IMG/VR virus record: IMGVR_UViG_3300022601_000011
Length of the DNA: 64,000 nucleotides
From: a virus
Taxonomy: Duplodnaviria; Heunggongvirae; Uroviricota; Caudoviricetes
Reading direction: 5' to 3' (one strand)
The notes under the pieces are model-generated. The model had not been told where the DNA came from. It worked only from the letters and a program-made list of their open reading frames with translations, and did no database searches. Shown here in pieces: positions 53,800-63,133 of the stretch (within the stretch, counting starts at the first letter, position 1; each line of letters opens with the position of its first letter). Both the position numbers and the translations under genes were made by a program.

Positions 53800-53831
53800 A
53801 ATTTTCACTCCTTTTTCTCTTCAATGATTAT

Positions 53832-53860
53832 ATTATAACAAAAAATTTTTTATCTGTCAA
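53832..53860 (-). promoter_or_regulatory. consensus sigma70/sigmaA promoter with extended -10
   Basis: TTGACA-gataaaaaattttttgt(17 nt)-TATAAT, including TGn before the -10. Confidence 0.85.
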
Positions 53861-55098
53861 GATTGTTTTAAATTATTTTTCATCATAGTCTCAATTTCTT
53901 TTCTGGTGCATTGCTCTAATACTTTATTTGCTTTATTAAAATTTGATTGCTATTTTAATAATATTCTTTCTGTTCCTGCGGTAGCAATTTCTTGCAAAGC
54001 ATTAACAGTATTTTTCACAACTTGCACCAAAGTTTTTCCTAAAGATATAATACTTGTATAACTAGCGATATGACGATCATTATTGTCAAAAAAAGCTTTA
54101 ACCTATACATTGCCTACGTCACCACCGATATACCATGGATCATCGCCCAATGAACGTTGTAATGCTTCATAAGCTGATGGTACTTCACGACCCGCCAATC
54201 TTGCTTGATAAATATGTTCATAAGCTTCTGCCAAATGACCTCTGTTTAAGCGACCTGCAGGTTTTTTCCCCTAATCATAGAATAAATAATTATACATTGC
54301 AGCCTATTTTTCTTCAATTAATGACATAATGGCATTTGATTCTTCTGAAAATTTTCGAGTTACATCATGTAATGCATCTAATTCATTACCTAAATGCTTT
54401 TTAGATGCAGTATCTTTTATTTCTTGATATTTATTCTATACGTCTTTTAAAAAACTATATGTTTCATCTACTAATGCCTCTAAATCTGCTGCTAACATCT
54501 CATCCCAAACTACATCAGAAATTGCTCCATTTACAGAGCGAGAAGATGTTATTTTTGAAAATAATCCTTCTGCCTAAATAACTTTAGCAGATAATTTAAT
54601 GTTACCAGCATTATCAATATATAAATATTTTGAATTATATAAATCTGAAGTTTTAATTTCTCCACGCATAATCTCTTGTGGATTTTCACCATAAAAATAT
54701 ATTGAAAATAAAGCAGTCTATGTCTAATTGTTTGATAAAATATCTAAAATTTTATGTTCTAATTTAAATGCATAAATAATTTTTTGATTTAATTTAGCTT
54801 TATGACTTTTTGTTAAAAGTAATAATTCTGATAACTTTCTTCCATATTCTACTTTTGTCGAATCTTTTTTACGAGTTGCTATTCTTCTAGAATATTCTTT
54901 AGATAAACGATTTTCCCCTATAAACTATTCTTTAAGTATAGTAATTTCATTTAAAGTATTATCTAAAATAGTACAACTATTATTTAATATTCTTCTATTT
55001 ACTTCATTCATTGAAGTAAGGTTATCTTTTATAGCTTCTGCAGTACCACTTCTTACAAATGCTTCTTCAACAGAAACTCCAAATACACTACCTGCCAT
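53857..55098 (-). CDS. hypothetical protein with possible C-terminal PD-(D/E)XK-like motif (413 aa, code 15)
   Basis: Whole frame read by hand with only TAG interruptions; SD AAGGAGG; NRGHLAEAYE...PWYIGGDVGNV*VK; ends TGA. Confidence 0.7.
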
Positions 55099-55113
55099 TT
55101 TTATGGCACCTCC

Positions 55114-55647
55114 TTACGACAATGGATTAATCTAATCTTCAACACCCTAAACTGTACGATAAATTAATGTAAGTCCACACAACTATTCATTTAATAATAA
55201 ATCGTCTGCACCTTGAAACTCTACTTCACCGATACCCGTTAATTTAGTTTTATTTAACATAGCATCAATTTCACCAGCTATTTTATATGGGCGCAAAGCA
55301 AAATTACCTAAATGCCAATGATCAGGATGACAAATAATATCAATTTTTATATTAAAATCACGGAACTCAGGATTTTTATAATTTGGTAAAAATCTATTAA
55401 AAGTTATTACAACATATATAGGACAATCTGAATCAATAGGTAAATATGGAGTAATTTTAATCTAATTATCAATTAAACTTAATTTTTCTTTGGGCGTTAA
55501 ATTTTCCGCTTTTAAACAGTCTCGCTACGTATAATATAATAATTTACATAATCTTTGATTTTCTAGCATTTTATTAACAATTAATGCTAAATTTTTATCA
55601 ATTGATAAAAAACTAGATTTTGGAAAATAATTTTGTCCTACTCGCAT
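55114..55647 (-). CDS. putative tail completion protein (177 aa, code 15)
   Basis: MRVGQNYFPKSSF...NPEFRD...DIICH...LRPYKIAGEIDAML; SD; adjacent to the tail tube gene; ends TAA. Confidence 0.6.
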
Positions 55648-55675
55648 ATAAGCATCTCCTTTTTATCTATATAAT

Positions 55676-55714
55676 AAAAAAAAGGGAGATACTAACGAAA
55701 GTTAGTATCTCCCT
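55676..55714 (-). terminator. intrinsic terminator after the tail tube gene
   Basis: Perfect 14-bp stem AGGGAGATACTAAC/GTTAGTATCTCCCT, 4-nt loop, T-run. Confidence 0.85.
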
Positions 55715-55731
55715 ATATTGACGTTTAAAAA

Positions 55732-56793
55732 TTAAGCTTTGGCAGTAAGAGCGCCGAAGCCAGCCTTGTCTTCAACAATCTGAAGTGCGGCAAGAACCTT
55801 CTTAGTGCGATCAAACTTAGTATAGTCCGGGAAAGCGTCCATTGTGAAGGTGAAAGTAGAAGGATCTCCGGAAGGAGCCATGGTGAAGGTAAAGTTAGAC
55901 TGAACCTTGCAGTTCGGGATAACGAACTCTGCAGGATGGTCTTCACCAGTACCCTGATCACGGAACAAGGTAGAAGCTTCAAGATAGTAAGATCCACCAA
56001 ACTTATCAGCTTCGATATCAATCTGCTTAACACCAGTGTCAGCCTTTACATAATAGTCAACAAAAACTACAGTACCAGGTCCAATAACGATGTTATTAGC
56101 TTTAGCCTTATTGTAAGCAGCAATTTCTTCAACAGAGGCATCTTCAGTAGGCTTGATAAGAGTTTCATTAACAGTATACTCTAATGGCTTAAAACCATTT
56201 ACAGTTTTATTACGTTCATTATAATCTACAATGAAAGCCTTAATCTTATTAACAAGACTTTCGCCTTCGCCATTTACAGGATAAGATTCTGCATAAACAC
56301 CAGGTTCATTATCACTACGGCCTTCAGGCTTAATCATAATAGGCATGAAGTTAGTATTAATATTACCATATTCATCCAAAAGCATCAAATACATATCTGC
56401 AAACTTACCAGCTTCACCAGCAGAAGGCTTGGTTTCAAAATTCAAATTGCCATCAGTACTAATTTCAAGCTGACCGGTCTGGTGAACATAGATAGCTTTT
56501 TCACTAGAAGCATCCATGAAACCAGCACCAGAAAGAATAGAGAAGCTCTGAGGACTAATCAATGCGTCTTCCATAGTGAAAGTAACGGTACGGTCACCTT
56601 CCCAAGCAACAAGACGAGGATTACCTTTACCACCCTGAGCATAAACAGTAGTAGCTGCGCCTTCAAGGTTAGAGGTCTTCAAAGTATCAAAGAAAAGAAC
56701 AGGCATGTCCTTTTCCAAATAAAGCTTACCGAACCAACCAGCGGCCTTACGACGTAATACTACGTCACAAATTTCGCGTACGCCAAATTTCAT
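55732..56793 (-). CDS. major tail (tube) protein
   Basis: MKFGVREICDV, YAQGGKGNPRLVAW, NFTFTMAPSGDPSTFTFTMD; high-expression codon bias; no TAG; followed by a strong terminator. Confidence 0.75.
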   Translation of the reverse strand: MKFGVREICDVVLRRKAAGWFGKLYLEKDMPVLFFDTLKTSNLEGAATTVYAQGGKGNPRLVAWEGDRTVTFTMEDALISPQSFSILSGAGFMDASSEKAIYVHQTGQLEISTDGNLNFETKPSAGEAGKFADMYLMLLDEYGNINTNFMPIMIKPEGRSDNEPGVYAESYPVNGEGESLVNKIKAFIVDYNERNKTVNGFKPLEYTVNETLIKPTEDASVEEIAAYNKAKANNIVIGPGTVVFVDYYVKADTGVKQIDIEADKFGGSYYLEASTLFRDQGTGEDHPAEFVIPNCKVQSNFTFTMAPSGDPSTFTFTMDAFPDYTKFDRTKKVLAALQIVEDKAGFGALTAKA

Positions 56794-56815
56794 TGGTTGT
56801 TTCCTCCTTTAATAA

Positions 56816-57559
56816 TCAATGTATATTTTTCATCCAGTCATCGGGTTTATCCTCTGGCTTGCCACCAGCTAACCGAGACTTTATATCTAAATCCCACGAG
56901 ACATATAGGCCGTATCTTTCAACCAGATCAAACATTTGATAGACAGTCAAATTCAAACAGTCCTAAAATGACATGGTATTTAGACCTATTGTGAGAATAG
57001 AAACATATCTAGACAAAATGCCACCTTGATTACGAGTTTCACCTTTCAATTCAGCAACCTTTTGTTTACCCTTCATTAACTTATTCGCAATTTCCTATGC
57101 TTTTCTACCAACGGGATTATAACCACCATCAGCACCTTTAAAAATAGAAACTTGCGGTTTAAGTATTTCTTGAAATTTCTCAAAAGTTACATCATCAAGA
57201 GTGAAAGACGAACCTTGGCCATTATTAAAAAATAGGCATCTTGGAGTAAACTGAACACGATAGCCTGGGAAGAGTAATTCAAAAACCTAAATAACTTGTG
57301 CCTTTTTGTCCTCCATGCCAGGTTGTTGTTCAGTCATCATTGTCATAAATATCTAAAAATTACTCATAGAACCTAATCTAGAATTGTCCTCTGCAGAACT
57401 TAACACTAATGTATTTTTATCAATACATAATAATTGAAGGCCCGCAAAATAATTCAATTCTCCAATATATGAGATTTCTAGAATTGTTGGCTAATGAACA
57501 GCCATCTAAATTTCTGGAAATGGAATATCAACACCAGTCATTAACATTAGAGGGTTCAT
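56816..57559 (-). CDS. hypothetical tail morphogenesis protein (247 aa, code 15)
   Basis: MNPLMLMTGVDIPFPEI*MAVH*PTI...LTVYQMFDLVERY...WMKNIH TGA; SD AAGGAGG; absent from the ORF track. Confidence 0.7.
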
Positions 57560-57570
57560 TTTATCCCTCC

Positions 57571-58515
57571 TTAGAACAGTGACTATACAATAATGGTCTT
57601 TTCAAGATCTCCATATTTTAATACATAAGATCCACTAACCATTGAAATCCAAGTAACAGCAATTGAACCATCTTCTCGAATTTCCCATTCAACTGTATCT
57701 TCAACATCTTTATTGTCTGATGCTAAAGTTACAACCCAATTAAGATTAGGATTATAAGATGTTACAGTATAAATAGATTGCTCTAAAGGCTTTACAAAAG
57801 TTTCGCCTTCAATAGTATCTTCATATTCTTCAACTGGAGGATTAGGATCTACCACTTCCACCAATAAATCGCTGTGATGACATTCATAGTCTTCAACAGC
57901 AGGAATTTCGATGATTCCTGGAGTACTAATAGTATCAGGAGCAACAATCTGCCAAAAACGTCCACCAAATTCAAAAGTAACATATCGTTCAAATAAACGC
58001 ATATTCTATTCCGTTTTCGGAATATACAATTGTAGTGTCATATTCGGCACATTGGCTACTAATCCCGCTTTTTGAATTGTATTTAATTTAGTTTCAACAG
58101 GACCACGCACTGCTGCCCAAATGCTAACTTTATCACCAGTTTCAGGATCAGTAATTAAAAGTTCTTGACATCTACGGACATTACCACGGAAGTAAGCAAC
58201 TTCAGTCATCTCTTGTTTAAGAATAATCCAGTGCGTTCCAGTATTTTTCCATTCAAAAGTGTCTCCAGGTCCAAAGCCATGTTCGTATTCGACTGATACA
58301 ATTTTTTCATCATAATCGAATTTTACTTTATCAGGATTGATTAAAGCACGAACATAGTCTGCGTCTTCTACTCCATCTTTTTTAATCCACGCTGTTTGAT
58401 AAGAATATAATAAAGCGCGATGAAGAGAACGCAATTTATCTTTAACCATGCGATCATGCTGGCGATCATTATTGGCATGCTTCGCACGCAATTTTAACAG
58501 ATTCAAATTTTCCAT
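57571..58515 (-). CDS. putative head-closure/neck protein (314 aa, code 15)
   Basis: Two ORFs in frame across TAG 58006; ends IIV*SLF TAA; position in the neck gene block. Confidence 0.6.
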
Positions 58516-58817
58516 TAATTCAATCCGTTCATCAGTTCAGTAAGCAAAGAAATTGCTCCGAACACGATTACTCTATAAGACATAAAATTATCGATTTGCG
58601 GCAATCCCTCAAGCTTAGAAAGCAAGACGAGAAAGTTGAGTTGACCGCCAAAGATCTCATGCAAACCATATAATTCATTTAAGACTGTATCTAACTATTT
58701 TTGCCAGTCCTCATTATTTTCTTTCATTGGAAGTAACTTCCAAGTCTGATTAATGAGTCTGCGTAAATCCACTCGAATTAGTTCCTCTTGAAAATTGCCA
58801 CCATAAGTAGTAATCAT
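58515..58817 (-). CDS. hypothetical protein (100 aa, code 15)
   Basis: ATGA overlap at the start, TAATG overlap at the end, one internal TAG. Confidence 0.7.
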
Positions 58818-59284
58818 TCAATAGCGCTGGTATCCAACAAACATGACCAGTTTGAAGAAACCGTTCCGTCTTCATTAAACTTACGTCTTTTGTAAAGACG
58901 CTGTGCGTGAGTAGACTCACGAACATTCTCTGATTTCAACTGCAAAAGCTTCGACAAATGGTTGGCTTGAGAGGTCATTTTAAAATCAGAGCCGGAATAT
59001 TTCATTCGAGTGTGTTCAACAGAATTTATCTAACGTTCAAGCCATGCTGTTTTCATCAACAAAGCAAGAATGTTAATTTCCTCGTCGGTTAAATCTATAT
59101 TATATTCTTCCAACTCTACGTTGTAATCATACAAAGCAAAACGAGGAAATTCAAAATAAGGAATGGCATCCAATAGAAATGATTTAGCGTCTCTCAAAGT
59201 ATCTTCTGGGGTGAGTTCTAAATACATATCATCGGTAATTTTACCGAGAAACTTATTTGTAATAGTTTCAAAGGATGTCGCCAT
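58814..59284 (-). CDS. putative head-tail adaptor (156 aa, code 15)
   Basis: ...WLER*INSVEHTRMKYSGSDFKMTSQANHL; two ORFs in frame; ends TGA. Confidence 0.6.
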
Positions 59285-59289
59285 ATTGA

Positions 59290-59859
59290 TTACTCTCCTT
59301 CTGGCTTTTGTACTGATACAACCTTGTATTGGGGAGTTGTTCTACGGCCTTCTGTTGCCGCAGGCTTTACGCGACGCTGTGGAGCGGCGGGTTCAATCTT
59401 GCTATCTTCTTCTTCAGCCAACTGCTTATTGCGCAGAATGGTATCTACATCGAAGCCAGTAGCTTTCTTTAAAGCCTTACGCTTTTCTACATCGTTAAGA
59501 GGTAGCGCAACAGCATGCTTCTTAACAAGGTCAATTACACCGGCAGGTGCAAAATCCAAACAATCCAAGAAAGCATCAAGAGAACCTTCAGTAAGAAGTT
59601 TCTTTACGCCTTCATCATCAAGCCAATATTCAGGCTCAACATTCATAGAGATATCATTAAGTGTCTCTTGGTCTACAACCAAAAAGCGTTGAATTAAATT
59701 CGCACCACCAGAACGATAAGTAAGTGCCTCAATTTCTTCTTTGGCGATTTTCTTAGTCTCGCCGGGTGCGTACTCACGACGGATATTCATCTCAGGGATA
59801 GAATATACGACAGTAGAATTACTGCGGTTTTTTACCGCAACCTTGTTAATATTTTCCAT
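59290..59859 (-). CDS. conserved hypothetical protein after the capsid gene
   Basis: Intact 189-aa ORF with SD; no TAG. Confidence 0.75.
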   Translation of the reverse strand: MENINKVAVKNRSNSTVVYSIPEMNIRREYAPGETKKIAKEEIEALTYRSGGANLIQRFLVVDQETLNDISMNVEPEYWLDDEGVKKLLTEGSLDAFLDCLDFAPAGVIDLVKKHAVALPLNDVEKRKALKKATGFDVDTILRNKQLAEEEDSKIEPAAPQRRVKPAATEGRRTTPQYKVVSVQKPEGE

Positions 59860-59879
59860 AGTACAAACTCCTTTTTCTC

Positions 59880-59910
59880 AAAAAATAAGGGTGGGTGCTA
59901 GACCCACCCT
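59880..59910 (-). terminator. intrinsic terminator after the capsid gene
   Basis: AGGGTGGGT/ACCCACCCT stem then TATTTTTT. Confidence 0.75.
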
Positions 59911-59933
59911 CAGTATTTATAAACCTCTATTCA

Positions 59934-60977
59934 TTAGATAGCGCGAACAACGTCCATCTGACCAAGAAGCTCGGTATCCTGATATACGCAAATGTCAGGG
60001 CTGGTAATTACGCCAACGCCAACTTTCTTGTAAACCTGGATTTCACGGCTACGGTCATGGGTATGCATTTCCTGAACCAAAGTATCGCCTTCGAAAGCAA
60101 CCTTAACGGGCTTGTCGTGGCCGGTAGGAAGAATCCAAACATAACCAGGATCAACCATCTTCTTCTCGTTGGTTTCATCCTCGAAAGCCTGAGGAAGAAT
60201 TACAACGCGATAGCCCTTGTAGTTTGCGAAGTAGCCCTTTGCCCACTTCTCATCACGCATAGCGTCAGAGATCCAGCCTTCAGCAGGAATCATCTTAACA
60301 GCAAACTCATAGGTACAATAGATGGAAGGAGTGCCGTATGCGGAAGCAACGCTCAACAAACGGTCGAAAGCAGCCTCATCAAAGCCAGCTGCGGCAACCT
60401 GATTTGCACGAGGAAGCTGATTGATAGAGCTCATAAGAGCCTTAGCAATCTCACGATAGATAAGTTCATCCATACCTTCCATAACGATCTTGGTAACTTC
60501 TGCAAAGTCAACACGACCATCAAGGAACTCTTCGAAACCAATTGCTGCGGCTCCGCCGATAGCGCTGGTCTGAAGTTCGAAAGGACGCTCTTTACCAAGC
60601 TTGAAGACTTCGTAAATACCATTCAAGCCAACCTTGGTAATGAACTGCTTGGCACGATTGTGGTAGTTGCCCTTCACGGTAAAGATAGGCTTGTCGCCCT
60701 GCTTGTAAACTTTGGTTTCTGCAAACTGACCATAGTTTTCCATAACCTTCTTGGGAAGAACAAGGTCAATAGTCTCCTCGATAAGGGAGAAAATCATATT
60801 CTTATTTTCACGATAAAGTGCATAAGTACCAGCGTACTCATTCAATTCCTTACGAAGAGTCTCATTAAGAGCCTCGTAAGAAAGGTTCTCACCGTTAAAG
60901 CTGTAAGCAACAGGATTGGAGCGATCAGCTTTAGCAGTAGCCTGCATCAATTTCAAAAGTTCATTTCTTTCTAACAT
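59934..60977 (-). CDS. major capsid protein
   Basis: 347 aa; position after portal, protease and head protein; strong codon bias; tandem TAA TGA plus terminator; no TAG. Confidence 0.8.
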   Translation of the reverse strand: MLERNELLKLMQATAKADRSNPVAYSFNGENLSYEALNETLRKELNEYAGTYALYRENKNMIFSLIEETIDLVLPKKVMENYGQFAETKVYKQGDKPIFTVKGNYHNRAKQFITKVGLNGIYEVFKLGKERPFELQTSAIGGAAAIGFEEFLDGRVDFAEVTKIVMEGMDELIYREIAKALMSSINQLPRANQVAAAGFDEAAFDRLLSVASAYGTPSIYCTYEFAVKMIPAEGWISDAMRDEKWAKGYFANYKGYRVVILPQAFEDETNEKKMVDPGYVWILPTGHDKPVKVAFEGDTLVQEMHTHDRSREIQVYKKVGVGVITSPDICVYQDTELLGQMDVVRAI

Positions 60978-61001
60978 AGCTATATACTCTCCTTTCCTAA
61001 A

Positions 61002-61691
61002 TTACTTAACGCGCATTACCTTAACAGCAGGCTGAAGGTCAGGAAGGGTGTACTTCTTAACAATCTGCCATACCATCTTGTCAGCCTCAATATCGCCGCC
61101 AGGAGTCAAAATGCCCTGTTCGCCAATCTTAAGGAAATCGCCAACTTTAACTTCATCAAAAGTAGCCTGAACCATGTTAGTGGTAAAGATATCGCCTTCA
61201 TGGGTCTTCCATACACGTGGAACCATGACTTCGCCAGCCTTCATGTAAGCGGGAACTTCAAGAACTTCGCGCTCGTAGGAAGGACCAATTGGGAGACGTG
61301 GAAGATCGCCGTCATAAGGATACTTCTCTTGAGAGAAATTCTTAGTAAGATCGGCTTCTGCCATAGAACCGTCAGAATTCTGACCGATTGGGCTATAAAC
61401 ATAAGCATTATAATCGCGCTTAATCATAGCGAAATCTTCATCAGTCTGATGATCACGATAAATCTTAATTTCGTTGTTAACAAGCATCCACTCACCGGGA
61501 CCCTCGAAATCAACAACACCAGCAGCATAATTATACTTTACGAACTGACCCTGCTCAAGGACTTCGATATCAGCCTTTGCTGGGAGCTGGCCGTAAATTT
61601 CACCAGTAAAGCGTGCGCTAAGGTGATTGGGTTCAACCTGGCCAAAACCACGCTTAACCATCTTGGCCTGTGATAAACTCTTAAAAGCCAT
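61002..61691 (-). CDS. putative head decoration/cement protein
   Basis: Between scaffold and capsid; GFGQVEPNHLSA...YTLPDLQPAVK; no TAG. Confidence 0.55.
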   Translation of the reverse strand: MAFKSLSQAKMVKRGFGQVEPNHLSARFTGEIYGQLPAKADIEVLEQGQFVKYNYAAGVVDFEGPGEWMLVNNEIKIYRDHQTDEDFAMIKRDYNAYVYSPIGQNSDGSMAEADLTKNFSQEKYPYDGDLPRLPIGPSYEREVLEVPAYMKAGEVMVPRVWKTHEGDIFTTNMVQATFDEVKVGDFLKIGEQGILTPGGDIEADKMVWQIVKKYTLPDLQPAVKVMRVK

Positions 61692-61709
61692 TTTAAGCTT
61701 CCTCCTTAA

Positions 61710-62435
61710 TTAAATCATGTTTTTGGCAGTATCACGCACAGCTTTAATCCAAGCTGGTGCATTGTCATTGCCGTCTTCAGCAGTCACATTATAAATAAGA
61801 CTTGCTTCAGCTTCTTCTTTATTATCTTCGTCAAGGCTAAAGCTTACCTTGTTACGAACACATAGAATTGCCAACTTTGCTTCAATATCATCCAAGCTGT
61901 ATGTATCAATGTTGGCCAAAACATCTGCCTTATCTTCATCAGAAAGCATATAGAAACTATTAATCATATTTTCCTTTTCTTTCTTATCAGCGGCAGTTTT
62001 GAACTCACGCAAAGGAGCAATTTCAGCTTCAAGCTCTGCTACACGAGCAGTTGCGAGTGCATATTCCTTAGCGAGTTCTACATACTCAGGAATCTCTTCA
62101 AGGTTGTACTTCTTTTTCTTATCTTCTTCACAAGTACATTCAGACTTTGGCTTGCCACAATCAGGGCACTTTTCCTCGTCTTCCTCTTCATTTTCCTTAG
62201 CATGATTCATCTTTTTCTTCTTTTTCTTATCCTCGTCATCATCTTCATCGTCTTCTTTAGACTCTTCAGACTTGCCTTCGGATTCATCGTCCTTCTTTGG
62301 AGGGAAAGGAGGTTTCTTTTCTTCTTCTTCTTCCTCTTCCTCTTTGGACTTTTTCTTGAATTCATCCTGATTATCAAGGACGATTTCAGTTTCCTGATTT
62401 TCGTTCTCAATCATGATGTTCTCATTCTTTTCCAT
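61710..62435 (-). CDS. nested in-frame scaffold protein from an internal start (241 aa)
   Basis: GAAGGAGGAG-CTACTCAT-ATG inside the protease gene, at the domain boundary. Confidence 0.55.
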   Translation of the reverse strand: MEKNENIMIENENQETEIVLDNQDEFKKKSKEEEEEEEEKKPPFPPKKDDESEGKSEESKEDDEDDDEDKKKKKKMNHAKENEEEDEEKCPDCGKPKSECTCEEDKKKKYNLEEIPEYVELAKEYALATARVAELEAEIAPLREFKTAADKKEKENMINSFYMLSDEDKADVLANIDTYSLDDIEAKLAILCVRNKVSFSLDEDNKEEAEASLIYNVTAEDGNDNAPAWIKAVRDTAKNMI

Positions 62436-63110
62436 ATGAGTAGCTCCTCCTTCTTGTAAAGCTGTCTTCAATTCCTCAATCATGGAGAAAAGCTTAGCTT
62501 TAAAGTCCCCATCAATGGAGAATTGTGCGGCAATACCAGCACCCTCGAAACAAGGTTCGACGTCTTCTCCAAGAATACAAAGTTTTGAGATAATTGCTTC
62601 GTTGATAATGAAAAACTTTGGCATTCCATTATCATCAGTCGTCCAAGTTCCTTTGGTTAGTTTATTATGAAGTTCCATAGACTGGTTATTTCCTTTTTCA
62701 ACTATCCGCTTAGATTCTGGATAAATATCAGACCAAATATAACCTTCGGTCATAAGATACTCATGCTCTATTCCATCATCCAAGGATTTTTGGAACCAGA
62801 CTTTAGCCCCTAAATCAACAAAACCATATGGGCGGGTAGTATCGATAATATTAAATTTTCCATTAGAAACATCAATCATACGATTGTGTTCCTCGAAGTC
62901 ACCTTTCGCCTCATTATAGTAACCTACAATTGGCGAACCCGGCAAGGTCTTAGCCATATCTGTGGCTACCGCCTTAGTAATAATACTACGGTTTCTATTA
63001 GGGTCTTCTCCCACATAACACACCTTAATTTCGCACTTGGAAATAAGGGGGTTTATGGGAGTGAAGTTAAGCAATTCAATAGTATGTTCGACTGGAATAC
63101 TAATATGCAT
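61710..63110 (-). CDS. prohead protease-scaffold fusion
   Basis: N-domain VCYVG..PNRN.S, LPGSPIVG, NQSMEL, LCILG.DVEPCFEGA; charged linker and coiled-coil C-terminus. Confidence 0.7.
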   Translation of the reverse strand: MHISIPVEHTIELLNFTPINPLISKCEIKVCYVGEDPNRNRSIITKAVATDMAKTLPGSPIVGYYNEAKGDFEEHNRMIDVSNGKFNIIDTTRPYGFVDLGAKVWFQKSLDDGIEHEYLMTEGYIWSDIYPESKRIVEKGNNQSMELHNKLTKGTWTTDDNGMPKFFIINEAIISKLCILGEDVEPCFEGAGIAAQFSIDGDFKAKLFSMIEELKTALQEGGATHMEKNENIMIENENQETEIVLDNQDEFKKKSKEEEEEEEEKKPPFPPKKDDESEGKSEESKEDDEDDDEDKKKKKKMNHAKENEEEDEEKCPDCGKPKSECTCEEDKKKKYNLEEIPEYVELAKEYALATARVAELEAEIAPLREFKTAADKKEKENMINSFYMLSDEDKADVLANIDTYSLDDIEAKLAILCVRNKVSFSLDEDNKEEAEASLIYNVTAEDGNDNAPAWIKAVRDTAKNMI

Positions 63111-63133
63111 TATCTAACTTCCTCCCTCAGCCA

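Noticed and set aside
59895..60974. 359-aa plus-strand ORF antisense to the major capsid gene
   Set aside because: It mirrors a strongly codon-biased gene, starts inside a terminator hairpin, has no SD and no recognisable motif, so it is probably a shadow ORF.
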